A stretch of DNA of 64,000 bases, from NCBI GenBank assembly GCA_027623675.1, contig JAQBVF010000007.1, positions 1 through 64,000 on the forward strand, given 5' to 3'. The first letter of the stretch is position 1. Each line of letters starts with the position of its first letter. The stretch is from Chloroflexota bacterium (GTDB lineage Bacteria; Chloroflexota; Dehalococcoidia; Lucifugimonadales; UBA3495). Both the position numbers and the translations under genes were made by a program. Shown here piece by piece: positions 20,522 to 30,954 of the stretch. The notes under the pieces are model-generated. The model ran no database searches. It saw only the letters and a list, made by a program, of their open reading frames with translations, and was not told where the DNA came from.

Positions 20522-22153
20522 CTATTCGAGGATGAAGCCCTCGTAGCCGTTGGCCGACACCGCGTTACGCTTGGCCCGCATGACCGGGGCAGTGTCCGGG
20601 GCGGTGAGCAAGACCCGCGCCTTGCCGGGGATGTTCGCCCCCACGAACCAGGAGTTGGCCTGCGTCCTGAGGACCTTGGCGCCGTCTTCGTTCACGTGCT
20701 GGACCCAGGCGTCCTCCGCCTCCACCGTGGCCGTGATCCGGGAATGGCCATGGTCGCGCACATGGGCCATGGCTTCGCTGACCCAGTCCACCAGCGGCTC
20801 GGCGGCCCGGACGAAGTTGCCCACGGAGGCGGCGTTGATGGTGAAGAGGTTTGGGAACCCGGCGCTGGAAACCCCCATGTAGGTGCGCGGGCCTCCGGCG
20901 AATTTGTCCTTGAGGGTCTTGCCGCCGATGCCTTTGATGTCTAACTTGGCCAATGAGCCGGTCACGGCATCGAACCCCGTGGCATAGATGATGACATCCA
21001 GTTCGTACTCGGCTTCAATGGTCTTCACGCCTTTGGGAGTTATGCGCTCGATGGGGGCTTCACGCACGTCCACCAGCAGGACGTTGTCCTGGTTGTAGAC
21101 CTCGTAGTACCCGCTCTCGCAGGGCAGGCGCTTGGACCCGAACATGTGGTCCTTGGGCACCAGCTTCTCGGCAACCACCGGGTCGTGAACGCGCTCACGG
21201 ATCTTGTTGCGGACGAATTCGGCGTAGTCCTCGTTGGCTTCGCCGGGCAGCATGACATCGTAGAAGTTGGACAGCCACTTCTTGAAGCCGCCCTCCTGCC
21301 AGAGTTCTTCGTATAGGGCATGCCTTTCTTCTTTCGAGACCGACATCGCCGAGCGCGGGTCAAATTGGTGCATGAACGAGCCGGGGGTTTCCATGCACTT
21401 CTTGAATATATCCGGGTAGCTAGACTTGATCTCCTGCTGGGTCTGGTCGTCGATCGGCCCGTTCCGCAGCGGCGCGCAGTAGTTGGCCGTGCGCTGGAAT
21501 ACTGTCAGATGCCCCACCTCTTTGGCTATCTCGGTGATGAGCTGGACTCCGCTTGCGCCGGTGCCAATCACCCCCACGCGTTTGCCGGCCAGGTCCATGC
21601 CCTCAGCCGGCCACTTGCCGGTATGGCACCACGGCCCCTTGAAGTCGTGGATGCCTTCGAAGTCGGGCACGTAACCCGAAGATAGGATGCCCACAGACGT
21701 GATCAGGAACTGGCCTCGCGCCCGGTGGCCGTCCTCAAGCCGGACCTCCCAGCAGTTGGCCTCCTCATCAAAGGTGGCCCCAGTTACCCGGGAATTAAGG
21801 CGAATGTGCTTCCGCAGATCGAACTTATCGGCCACATAGTTGAGGTAGCGCTCGTTCTCCGGCTGGGCGGAGTAATGCTCCTTCCAGTCCCATTCCTGCA
21901 ATAGTTCTTCCGAGAAAGAATAACCGTAGGAGTAGCTCTCGGAGTCGAACCGGCATCCGGGATAGCGGTTCCAATACCAGGTGCCGCCCACGCCGCCGCC
22001 ATCATCGAACGCCTGGACGGTGAACCCAAGCTCACGCATGCGGTACAGGGAATATAACCCTGTGACCCCAGCGCCGATGATGATGGCGTCAAATCTCTCG
22101 ATCTCGCCCGAGTCTGCCGGTCCGGTTGCCGGTTGTTGTAGCGATTCCACCAT
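20522..22153 (-). CDS. Baeyer-Villiger monooxygenase (cyclohexanone monooxygenase family)
   Basis: GAGVTG, GGTWYWNRYPG, the FxGxxxHxxxW fingerprint (FKGPWCHTGKW), GTGASG and ATGF. Confidence 0.93.
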   Translation of the reverse strand: MVESLQQPATGPADSGEIERFDAIIIGAGVTGLYSLYRMRELGFTVQAFDDGGGVGGTWYWNRYPGCRFDSESYSYGYSFSEELLQEWDWKEHYSAQPENERYLNYVADKFDLRKHIRLNSRVTGATFDEEANCWEVRLEDGHRARGQFLITSVGILSSGYVPDFEGIHDFKGPWCHTGKWPAEGMDLAGKRVGVIGTGASGVQLITEIAKEVGHLTVFQRTANYCAPLRNGPIDDQTQQEIKSSYPDIFKKCMETPGSFMHQFDPRSAMSVSKEERHALYEELWQEGGFKKWLSNFYDVMLPGEANEDYAEFVRNKIRERVHDPVVAEKLVPKDHMFGSKRLPCESGYYEVYNQDNVLLVDVREAPIERITPKGVKTIEAEYELDVIIYATGFDAVTGSLAKLDIKGIGGKTLKDKFAGGPRTYMGVSSAGFPNLFTINAASVGNFVRAAEPLVDWVSEAMAHVRDHGHSRITATVEAEDAWVQHVNEDGAKVLRTQANSWFVGANIPGKARVLLTAPDTAPVMRAKRNAVSANGYEGFILE

Positions 22154-22264
22154 GTCGATCTTCCTCCGGTCTTTTACTTTTACCTTTGGTTAGAAAGGGT
22201 TGTCCTGTTAATCAGGAATTTCCCTTTGGTTTAGTTGCTTGATCGGGGTACTCTGCCGATTTCC

Positions 22265-23443
22265 CTAGCACTCACCCATCTGAGTTAGGCGGCCCTCACG
22301 CCAGCCAACCTGTCCGGCCCGGACGGTCAAGAACGTGTCCAAACGGACCTTGCCTTCTTGAGTGTGGCCGGCCATGTCGAGCCACTTGAAGTTGCCCTCC
22401 CGCATGTCGAACACCGCGGCGTCGCCACTCATCCCCGGCGCCAGGGAGCCGATCTCGTTCTCCAATCCCAATACCTTGGCTGGAGTGCTGGTGCTGGCGG
22501 CGATGGCATCGGGCAGGGTCATGCCCATGGCGTGGAATTTGCTCACCAGATCGTTCATCTTGTAGACGGTGCGGTCAGGCGGCGGATTGTGAATGTCGGT
22601 GCTGATGGTGGTGGGTGGCAATGCCTGGTCCAAGGCGTGCTTGACCACTTCCACATCGCAGTGGACGCCGGCGTGGGCCACATCCAGTATCACGCCCCGG
22701 TCGGCTGCTTCGCGGACCTCTTTCCGGACCTTGTAGTTGCGGTCGAGGATGTTCTCCGGCAGGCCGTTGAAGGCATGGGTGCAGATATCGCCAGGCGCCA
22801 GAAATTCCAAGACGTCGGGCAGCGGGATGGGCGTGCCGCTGACATGGACCATCAACCTGGTTTTGGCCTGGTCGGCCACCGCCCTGGCGGCCCGCATGGC
22901 TTCGTGGGCGTTCCAGGCGGCGACGGCGTTGATGTGCATCCGAACCTTGACCCCGAAACAGAAGCCGGGGTTGGCCTTGATCGCGTCGGATGTCTGGTCG
23001 ACGTCAATCATGCGCATGTCGTGAAGTCCGCCGCCCAGCAAACGGTTATTGGCCAGGCCCACGCCGCTCACGTGGAGCAGCGCCAGCAGGCGGGTGCGGT
23101 GGGCGGGGAACACGTAGTCCCGCATGGCCTCGTAGTTGATGAAGCCGGCGCTGCCGGCGTCGACGCCGGTGGTCGTTCCCGAAGACAGGCAGATCTGGTC
23201 CGGGTGTACGGCCGATGGGTTGCCGCCGTGGTAGAAGTGGCCGTGGAGGTCGATCAGCCCAGGTGTTATCAGCTTGCCGGTAACATCCACCGAGGTGGCT
23301 GCTCTCGCGGCGTCGATACGCTCGGCGACCTCGGCGACCTCGCCGTCCTTGAAGGCGATATCCCGGCGTTGGTTGATCCCTTGGGCCGGGTCCAACAGGG
23401 TGCCCCCGGTGAGGAGCAGATCGTAGTCGGGTGCGGTGGTCAT
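22265..23443 (-). CDS. Amidohydrolase/deacetylase family metallohydrolase (dihydroorotase-like)
   Basis: PGLIDLHGH, VDAGSAG and TISTD motifs. Confidence 0.85.
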   Translation of the reverse strand: MTTAPDYDLLLTGGTLLDPAQGINQRRDIAFKDGEVAEVAERIDAARAATSVDVTGKLITPGLIDLHGHFYHGGNPSAVHPDQICLSSGTTTGVDAGSAGFINYEAMRDYVFPAHRTRLLALLHVSGVGLANNRLLGGGLHDMRMIDVDQTSDAIKANPGFCFGVKVRMHINAVAAWNAHEAMRAARAVADQAKTRLMVHVSGTPIPLPDVLEFLAPGDICTHAFNGLPENILDRNYKVRKEVREAADRGVILDVAHAGVHCDVEVVKHALDQALPPTTISTDIHNPPPDRTVYKMNDLVSKFHAMGMTLPDAIAASTSTPAKVLGLENEIGSLAPGMSGDAAVFDMREGNFKWLDMAGHTQEGKVRLDTFLTVRAGQVGWREGRLTQMGEC

Positions 23444-23488
23444 CTGCGTCTCCCTAAATCTTTATTGCAACTAAGATAATCATCGGGA

Positions 23489-23977
23489 TTATTTGGCGGG
23501 GGTGTCGCCCTCTTCCATCTCCCAGCCCAACTCCACGTTCGGCTCAGGAACCTCTTGGTAGTTGATCCGCCGCAGGCGCGGGTAGACCATTATCTTGGGG
23601 GCTTCCAGGTCCTTGTCGGTGATCTCAGCCGACTCTTCCACTTCGCTGATGCCCCACTTCTCGATGGCTTCGTCCATCATCTTCTGGACGATCTGGGGCG
23701 AACGGCCTTCCAAGCGGCCCAGGTGGTAAGCCAGGGTGACGGCCAACTGGTTCTGGGTGATGTGTTCAAAGGCGTCGTCGGCCTTCAGGTCGGCGGGCAT
23801 CCCCCCGGACTGGTCCAGGAGATCGTCCAGCACCTGGCCCATGATGTCGGTCAGGCCGCCCAGTTCGATCTCCTGCATGTATCCGGTCAGGGTATCGGTC
23901 AGTTCGACCACGCCCTCATCGGGCAGTATGCCGTAGACTTCTTCGGGGATGTGTTCATGGGGGTGTTCAGTCGCCAT
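23489..23977 (-). CDS. Hypothetical acidic protein
   Basis: 162-aa ORF with host-like codon usage, co-oriented with the amidohydrolase; no motif recognised. Confidence 0.65.
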   Translation of the reverse strand: MATEHPHEHIPEEVYGILPDEGVVELTDTLTGYMQEIELGGLTDIMGQVLDDLLDQSGGMPADLKADDAFEHITQNQLAVTLAYHLGRLEGRSPQIVQKMMDEAIEKWGISEVEESAEITDKDLEAPKIMVYPRLRRINYQEVPEPNVELGWEMEEGDTPAK

Positions 23978-24131
23978 AATTAGAGGTCTCCCAATCAGGT
24001 GCGGGACGAACTTAGTCTACCACGCCGGGAATAACAAGCGGGACTTAGTATGCCCGGCAAGTCGTGTAAGGCGTCGGTTGGCCTCTCTCGGGTCTGCCTG
24101 ATTCTAACCAGCCCCGTTGAAAAATCGTTTT

Positions 24132-24833
24132 TCAGTAGCCGGTCGCCGCACTCGTAAGGGTGCGCACCACCGGCCCCATGACAGACCAAAGGATCCCAAA
24201 CCCAAGGGCGTAGTCCAGCATGATGATGGCCACCAGCAGGCCCGGACCGTTTCGTTGCAGCTTGTCGAAAGCGGCGGAATGCTCCTTGGGCACCACCCCG
24301 GCCACGACCCGTGAGCCGTCCAGCGGAGCCAGCGGCAGCAGGTTGAAGACGCCCAACAGCAGATTAAAGAATATGACCAATGCCAGGATGTCGGCGATGC
24401 CCTCGCTTAGTCCGCCGGTCATCACGTGGGCGACCCGGTCCAATGACAGACCCGCCGGGACCAGTAGTCCGGTCTTGAAGGGGATGGCCAACAGAAAAGC
24501 CAGAACCAGGTTGGACAGCGGCCCGGCGGCGGCGACCAGCGCCGTGTCGGTGTGCCCGCGGGTTAGCTGGCGAGAGTCCACCGGCACCGGCTTGCCCCAG
24601 CCAAATCCGGCGATAAACATCATGATGGTGCCGCCCAGGTCCAGGTGGCGCATGGGGTTAAGGCTGACGCGTCCCAGGCGGCGGGCGGTGTTGTCGCCCA
24701 GTGCGCTGGCAACGAACGCATGGCTGAACTCATGGAAGGTAATGGCGGTGACCAGCGCGAAGGCGACCAGCACCGCCAGCCGGAAGAAGCCAGACGGGTC
24801 ACTCTCGAGCAATTGGTAGGAACCGAGAAGCAT
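24132..24833 (-). CDS. Site-2 protease (M50) family protein
   Basis: HEFSH, AGPLSN and FNLLPLAPLDG motifs. Confidence 0.92.
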   Translation of the reverse strand: MLLGSYQLLESDPSGFFRLAVLVAFALVTAITFHEFSHAFVASALGDNTARRLGRVSLNPMRHLDLGGTIMMFIAGFGWGKPVPVDSRQLTRGHTDTALVAAAGPLSNLVLAFLLAIPFKTGLLVPAGLSLDRVAHVMTGGLSEGIADILALVIFFNLLLGVFNLLPLAPLDGSRVVAGVVPKEHSAAFDKLQRNGPGLLVAIIMLDYALGFGILWSVMGPVVRTLTSAATGY

Positions 24834-24858
24834 GAACTAATCCGAAGCGCGAGGGCGG

Positions 24859-25632
24859 CTACTCATCGTCCTCATCAGGCTCGTGTTCGTGCTCTTCGGC
24901 GGGCTGGGATAGGACCGCACCAGGCAGGATGGCGTTGGCGCGACTGGAACGTTCCGGGCCGGCCTTGGGCATCTCCAGCAGTGTCTTCTTGAACGCTTCC
25001 AACGTGTCTTTCCCCACCGAAACGTCCAAGACCAGACCGTTGATGCCGGCGGTGCGCAGCACCTTAAGATCGTCGGCGGCGGGCGGCTCGGTGATCTCGG
25101 CCAGTAGATACTTGCCCAAGCGGCTGCGGACGCGGGCCACCTTGGCCAGGTCGTCCAGGGTCCACGATGATGACGCCCCGGCGAGGGGGAACAGCACGGC
25201 GTCGATGGGCAGCGAGTTCATGTCGCGGAGGTCTTCCACGTCGGCGGCGGGGTCGATACACAACAGCCGGGCCGAGTCATCGGAAGAGACGGCGCCGATG
25301 GACGTCCCGTTGAGTTGAAAGGCCAACACCCCGGCTCCCGCTTCCTGGAAGGCTTTGGCGTCGGCGGCGCTCAGGGAGCCGGTCTTTACGCCCCAGACCT
25401 TGCCGGTCAGGGAGTCCTTTAGCTCGTCGACCTGGGCTGCGCCGCTCAGGCCGGAGAGGAATATGCAGTCGGGAGATACGCCGGCGGCCGTGTCGACGCC
25501 TGCTTTGTGGCTGCTGGAAACCTGGACTATCAATGCAAGCCCAGGAACTTTTGCCCCCCTGGCTGGCCCAAAGCCCATGCGTGCGGGGGCGCCGTCAATA
25601 ATCTCGTCCAAGCGGTCGATAAACTTACTCAT
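24859..25632 (-). CDS. Hypothetical protein, probable TIM-barrel (aldolase-like)
   Basis: 257-aa ORF with an alternating beta/alpha pattern and an acidic tail; the fold is an inference. Confidence 0.6.
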   Translation of the reverse strand: MSKFIDRLDEIIDGAPARMGFGPARGAKVPGLALIVQVSSSHKAGVDTAAGVSPDCIFLSGLSGAAQVDELKDSLTGKVWGVKTGSLSAADAKAFQEAGAGVLAFQLNGTSIGAVSSDDSARLLCIDPAADVEDLRDMNSLPIDAVLFPLAGASSSWTLDDLAKVARVRSRLGKYLLAEITEPPAADDLKVLRTAGINGLVLDVSVGKDTLEAFKKTLLEMPKAGPERSSRANAILPGAVLSQPAEEHEHEPDEDDE

Positions 25633-26119
25633 TTAACCCAGTCCCTGTAGAATAAGCACGCTGGCCGCTGCCTGCCCAGATGGACCCGCAGGCCGTTCGT
25701 GCGTGTTTCGGCTTTCAGTGTCGAGCGTCTCAGGCGCGGAAGCACGCGGCGAAAACACTCAGCGCTGATTATACTCTATAAGTCGATTCTCCCGGCAGGC
25801 TTGGCGGGCGATATTCTGTATCCTTATTTACTATCGTCCGTTTCCAGATAGGGAACGAGCGGCGATCCGGGGCAGTGTTGGAACAATGCATAGCGCTCGT
25901 GCGCAGGCTAGATCGTCGGCTTTGCCCAAGTCGTGGATACCGGCGGATACCGTCTGGAATCCTGGAAACGAGCGGGCTAGAACAACGGATAGAATGTGGT
26001 CCGTTTCCCCCAGCCCATGACGGGCGGCAGGCTCGATTGCTCCGTTTTGATGGGGTGCCGTATAATTGCAGGCACGAAGTCCCTCTAAGTTTTTGCAAGA
26101 TAGCGGTAATAGTCACCAG

Positions 26120-26884
26120 ATGCTCTTAACGATAGATATTGGCAACAGCATGGTCAATCTGGGCGTATTCGAAGGCGATTCCCTGGTCGCCAATCTAAGG
26201 GTTTCGACCGACGCACGCCGGTCGGCGGATGAATATGGCCTCACGCTGCGGGACCTGTTGGCCCTGAACGGCGTGGAGGCCGCGGGAATCACCGACGTTT
26301 GCATGTGCAGCGTGGTGCCGCCTTTGACCGGGGTGTTCGAGGAGCTTTCCAAGACTTACTTCCATGTAAAGCCCTTGAACGTCACCGCTGGAGTTCGGAC
26401 CGGACTGCAGATCAGCTACGACAACCCCCGCGACGTGGGCGCTGACCGGATCGTGGACGCAGTCGCGGCCATCGAACTTTACGGTCCGCCAATCATCATC
26501 GTGGACTTCGGGACTGCGACGGTATTCGACGCAGTTTCCAAAGATGGGGTCTACCTGGGAGGGGCCATCGCGCCAGGCATCAACGTGGCCGCCGAAGCCC
26601 TGTTCTTGAACACGTCGCAACTGCGCCGGGTGGAATTGGTGGCCCCAAAATCGGCCATCGGCCAGAACACCTCAGCCGCGTTGCAAGCCGGTTTGGTGCT
26701 GGGCTACGCCGGACTGGTCACCGGACTAGTCGACCGGTTCAAGAATGAACTGGGGCAGGACGCCAAGGTGATCGGCACCGGCGGCTTGGCCAACATCATC
26801 TCCAAAGAAGCAGACGTCTTCGACGCCATCAACCAAGACCTGACATTGATCGGCCTGCGGCTGATCTACAATATGAACCAATAA
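26120..26884 (+). CDS. coaX: Type III pantothenate kinase
   Basis: IDIGNS, VGADR, VDFGTAT and GGAIAPG motifs; TATAAT at 26061-26066 upstream. Confidence 0.95.
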   Translation: MLLTIDIGNSMVNLGVFEGDSLVANLRVSTDARRSADEYGLTLRDLLALNGVEAAGITDVCMCSVVPPLTGVFEELSKTYFHVKPLNVTAGVRTGLQISYDNPRDVGADRIVDAVAAIELYGPPIIIVDFGTATVFDAVSKDGVYLGGAIAPGINVAAEALFLNTSQLRRVELVAPKSAIGQNTSAALQAGLVLGYAGLVTGLVDRFKNELGQDAKVIGTGGLANIISKEADVFDAINQDLTLIGLRLIYNMNQ

Positions 26885-26953
26885 CGGGACGAACATACTC
26901 AGAATGAATTTACTGAGGAATATCGCGATTATGTATCGGTTTGGGAAAAACTC

Positions 26954-28150
26954 GTGGCTGGACCACTAACTGGCAAGCACATCGTCCTCGGCGTCACCGG
27001 CAGCATCGCCTGCTACAAGGCACTCGACCTGGCCAGCAAGATGGTGCAGGCAGGGGCCTGGGTGGACACCATCATGAGTTATGGCGCCACCCAGTTCGTC
27101 ACACCGTTGGCCTTTCGCAGCATCACCCACCGGGCGGTGGTGACCGACACCTTCGACGCCGACTCCGAATACAGCGTGGAGCATGTTGCGCTGGCCCAGC
27201 AGGCCGACGTGATTATCGTGGCCCCGGCAACCGTGCATTGCATCGCCAAAATGGCCCTGGGCTTGGCTGACGACCCCCTAACAACGACTCTGGTTGCCGC
27301 CAAATGCCCTCTGGTCATCGCGCCGGCCATGGACGGCAACATGTACGACCACCCCGCCACCCAGGCCAACCTGGCCACCCTGAGGGACAGGGGCGTGGTC
27401 ATCGCCGGTCCCGGAACTGGGAGGCTGGCCTCCGGGCTGATGGGCGTGGGACGCCTGCTCGAAACGCCGGAACTGCTGGGCTATATCTCTTACGCCATGG
27501 GGAAGGACGGCGACCTGGCCGGAAGAACCGTCGTGGTTAGCGCCGGTGGCACGGCCGAACCCATCGACCCGGTGCGGGTCATCACCAACCACTCGTCGGG
27601 AAAGATGGGCTACGCGCTAGCCGAGGCCGCCCGCGACCGTGGGGCCAACGTGGTGCTGGTTGCCGCGCCGACCAACCTGGCCGACCCAGTTCTGATGAAG
27701 GTGGTCCACGTCCGCACCGCCAAACAGATGGGCGAGGCCGTGAAAGAGTACGTCAAGACGGCCGACGCTCTGGTCATGGCCGCTGCGGTTGCCGACTACC
27801 GCCCACTGGAGGAGGCCGGCCAGAAGATCAAGAAGGACGACGACGAGTTGAACATCGCCCTGGCCAAGACGGACGACATCCTGAAATCCGCCCAGGGGAA
27901 TTTCGTGCGGGTGGGATTCGCGGCCGAAAGTCAGAACCTGGTTGAGAATGCCAAGGCCAAGGTGAGTGGCAAGAACCTGGACCTGATCGCGGCCAACGAC
28001 ATAACCGCCGAGGGCAGCGGTTTCGGTTCGGACACCAACAAGGTCACCCTGATCGGCCGGGACCTGGCCGTCGAAGAATTGCCCCTGCTGACCAAGTACG
28101 AGGTCAGCAACCGCATCTGGGACCGGGTGGCCGGGTTGTTCCGGGACTGA
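26954..28150 (+). CDS. coaBC: Bifunctional phosphopantothenoylcysteine decarboxylase/ligase
   Basis: GVTGSIACYK, IDPVRVITNHSSGKMG, AAAVADY and VGFAAE motifs; GTG start. Confidence 0.95.
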   Translation: MAGPLTGKHIVLGVTGSIACYKALDLASKMVQAGAWVDTIMSYGATQFVTPLAFRSITHRAVVTDTFDADSEYSVEHVALAQQADVIIVAPATVHCIAKMALGLADDPLTTTLVAAKCPLVIAPAMDGNMYDHPATQANLATLRDRGVVIAGPGTGRLASGLMGVGRLLETPELLGYISYAMGKDGDLAGRTVVVSAGGTAEPIDPVRVITNHSSGKMGYALAEAARDRGANVVLVAAPTNLADPVLMKVVHVRTAKQMGEAVKEYVKTADALVMAAAVADYRPLEEAGQKIKKDDDELNIALAKTDDILKSAQGNFVRVGFAAESQNLVENAKAKVSGKNLDLIAANDITAEGSGFGSDTNKVTLIGRDLAVEELPLLTKYEVSNRIWDRVAGLFRD

Positions 28151-28277
28151 CCTTTGCCGGCGGAATCACGATCAACCCGGGCGCCAACCCACAAACTCGA
28201 TAAACTTTCTGTCTGTTAGCCGATTCCCCGGTCCGGCTCTTCCTCCGCAGTGCATCGGGGGGCCGGGAAGGCGGACG

Positions 28278-29552
28278 TCAGTCCACGCTCCACCGGGGGT
28301 TTTGGCTGGCCTCGGTCTGTAGATGATTGACGATCCAGTCCTTGACCGAATCCGCTACGTAGAAAGCGGGCATCATCAGGTCTCCATCTTCAAAGACCCG
28401 CCCCTCGGACCTCGCCTGGGCCGCCGATCTTGAGCCGGGCAACATCCGGATCCCGATCCTTAGGTTGGCCACCGCCGGCGTTATGCCCCGAAGGAAAGCC
28501 AATTTTTGTTCGACAGTTTCCCGAGTTTCTCCGGGGGCGCCGAAGGTCTGGCCGACGGTGTAGGGGAGGCCGCCTTCCTCACACAGGAGGCAAACCTGCT
28601 GCATCTGGCCCAGCCGGACCGATAGGTCCTTGGGGTCGTGGGCATCAACCACCAGGTCGCCGATTATCACCAGCCCGCACCCGGCTGCCTTCATCAGGCG
28701 GATCAATTCCCCATCGCAGTTTCGGGGAACGAGGCCGGTGTTCCAATCGATCGTGAGACCGCTGTCTATCAGAGCTTGGCAGAAAGCTTTGGCATGGTCG
28801 GGAGGGACGTTGAAGCCGTTGGCGATGAAGAAGAACTTGCTCAACCCCAACCGTTGCTCCAGGTCCTTCACTTCAGCAACCACCTCTTGGATGGGGCGCA
28901 GGTTCTGCCGGTCCGGATCATTATCCGAGGAAGTTTGGTTGCCAAACCATTTGGTGATAACGCCGATGCCGAATCCCGCCTCGGCGTATCTGTCCAGGTC
29001 CAGGTCTTCCAGGCGCGGAGGCTTCATTACGCCGGACGTGGCCTGCTGCTCGGTCGACGTGATCTTGCCGTCTTCCCGGTACACCAGACCGGGCAGGCCC
29101 TGATATGACTCCCCTCGTTCGAGACGCTCAGCCAGGTCGGCAAATGAATCGCCGCCGCTGCCCGTGATGCCCACGTCCGGTCCGATGTATTCGAAGCACT
29201 CGTGCGGCAGGATGCTGAAAGCAGGGCCGCCGCAGACGATCGTAGCCTGGCTGATCGACCGGACCAAGTCAGTGACCTCCTTGGTGATGGGAAGCACCGA
29301 CTCGGGGTTCAGATTGCTGCCGTTGTCCAGGTTTCGGATCGACAATCCCACCAGATCGGGCTGAAAGTCTTTCACCGCCGCTTCCACCTCACCCAGGTAG
29401 TCATCGGCGAACATGAGGTCCAGCATCTTTGTGCTGTGCCGTTCCGGGTCGAAATAACCGGCGATGTATGCCAGGCCGATGGGCAAGGGCTGGGCCTGTA
29501 GGTTATTCATGTAGCGCCCGTGCCGGTTAGTCGCGATCAGCAGTATTTTCAA
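28278..29552 (-). CDS. B12-binding / radical-SAM-fold protein lacking the CxxxCxxC motif
   Basis: N-terminal B12-binding pattern (PIGLAYIA, LVGLSIRNLDN, VCGGPAFS) and C-terminal GAPGETRETV. The expected Cys triad is replaced by ITKWFGNQTSSDND. Confidence 0.75.
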   Translation of the reverse strand: MKILLIATNRHGRYMNNLQAQPLPIGLAYIAGYFDPERHSTKMLDLMFADDYLGEVEAAVKDFQPDLVGLSIRNLDNGSNLNPESVLPITKEVTDLVRSISQATIVCGGPAFSILPHECFEYIGPDVGITGSGGDSFADLAERLERGESYQGLPGLVYREDGKITSTEQQATSGVMKPPRLEDLDLDRYAEAGFGIGVITKWFGNQTSSDNDPDRQNLRPIQEVVAEVKDLEQRLGLSKFFFIANGFNVPPDHAKAFCQALIDSGLTIDWNTGLVPRNCDGELIRLMKAAGCGLVIIGDLVVDAHDPKDLSVRLGQMQQVCLLCEEGGLPYTVGQTFGAPGETRETVEQKLAFLRGITPAVANLRIGIRMLPGSRSAAQARSEGRVFEDGDLMMPAFYVADSVKDWIVNHLQTEASQNPRWSVD

Positions 29553-29890
29553 TATTCTCTCCGGTTTATATCCGGGTAGTGTCCGGGCCAGTCCACCGTG
29601 GCGGGGGGCTGAAGTTGAAACTAATCAGTGGGCGGGAAAGGAATCGGGACGTTTTTACGCCCACCGCCGGGTTGGCGGATGCCGGCGGCCCTTTCTCAGC
29701 TCAAATCACCGGGTTTTGGGATGTCAGACAACAGGGTTAGCCGGAGGGCTCCCAACCCGTTGGCATGGGCGCACGGAAGGACCGGTCCGGCACAGCCCTA
29801 CGGCGAGGTCACCATTAGCGATTCCGGTATCGGCTCCCTCAAAGGCAGGAACCGGACTAGATTGATGTGCCGGACCGAGTCCGTTCGAGC

Positions 29891-30757
29891 CTACCCTGAG
29901 ACCGTCTCTTTGAAGCGTTTAATGGCTTGTATGTGTTGGTCGGGGCCTTTTAGGCCGGCTTTCATGGTGTTTACAGAGAGGTGGGTTGCGCCCACTTCGT
30001 CCCAAGACGCAGCCATCTTCTCCCAGGTCGATTGGTCGTCGGCGGCGTAGGATATGCGGCCTTCGATGCCCACGGCCTGGGGGTCGCGTCCGGCTTGGGT
30101 GGCGTATTCCCGCATCTGTTGTATCTTCTCTTGGCCGGCGCTGTCGGGCTGGAACTGAGGGAACCAGCCATCGGCCATCTTGCCGATGCGGCGAATCACG
30201 CGTTCCTCGCCTCCGCCCAGCCAGATGGGGATGGGACGCTGCACCGGCATGGGGTTGATGCCAGCGTTGGTGACTTTGTGGTAGCGGCCATTGAAGTCCA
30301 CAGTCTCCTCGGTCCATAGCTTTCGCAACAGCTCAATCTGCTCCTCGCTGCGGCGGCCGCGGTTGGAGAAACTCTGGCCCAGGGCTTCGTATTCCACCTC
30401 GTTCCAGCCGATACCGATGCCCAGGCGCAGCCGCCCGCCGGTCAGGACGTCTACCTCCGCGGCCTGCTTGGCCACCAGGCCGGTCTGGCGCTGGCCCAGG
30501 ATCAGCACTCCGGTGGTGAACTCGATCTTCTCGGTGATCGCGCCCAGGTAGCCGAACATGACGAACGGCTCGTGGAACATGTCATCTTTGTTGTAGGGCC
30601 GGTCCCACACGTCCCTTTTGGTTTGGTCAGCGCCCAGCACGTGGTCGAAGACCAATATGTGGTCGTAACCCAGGGCCTCGGCCGCTTGGGCGAAGTCCTT
30701 AACGGCGGATGGGTCCGCGCCGATCTCGGTCTGGGGGAAGATTGCTCCTAGTCGCAT
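29891..30757 (-). CDS. LLM class F420-dependent oxidoreductase
   Basis: MRLGAIFPQTEIG, DHVLG and AKQAAEVDVLTGGRLRLGIGIGWN motifs; RBS AGGAGG before ATG 30757. Confidence 0.92.
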   Translation of the reverse strand: MRLGAIFPQTEIGADPSAVKDFAQAAEALGYDHILVFDHVLGADQTKRDVWDRPYNKDDMFHEPFVMFGYLGAITEKIEFTTGVLILGQRQTGLVAKQAAEVDVLTGGRLRLGIGIGWNEVEYEALGQSFSNRGRRSEEQIELLRKLWTEETVDFNGRYHKVTNAGINPMPVQRPIPIWLGGGEERVIRRIGKMADGWFPQFQPDSAGQEKIQQMREYATQAGRDPQAVGIEGRISYAADDQSTWEKMAASWDEVGATHLSVNTMKAGLKGPDQHIQAIKRFKETVSG

Positions 30758-30954
30758 CTGGGCCTCCTGGCGGGTCTTCCTAGTTGGGGTATTTTGGCGA
30801 GGTTCTTTGGCGTGTCTTTCTTGGCGACGCCTGAAATCACGCTCAGTATCCAGGGTTGATGCGCCGCCGTCAACTCCGGCCAAGCCCAAGCACAACTTGC
30901 TCTATAATGCGTCAATCCCCTGGATATTTCGCATAGCCGGACAGGAGGTGACCC

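Noticed and set aside
25633..26119. Possible ncRNA or small ORFs in the 490-nt gap before coaX
   Set aside because: No recognisable RNA motif or credible ORF; it probably holds divergent promoters.
27410..27460. CoaBC has LASG instead of LACG in the decarboxylase clamp
   Set aside because: The codon is TCC (Ser), not TGA, and non-Cys variants occur in other bacterial CoaBC proteins, so it was not treated as novel.
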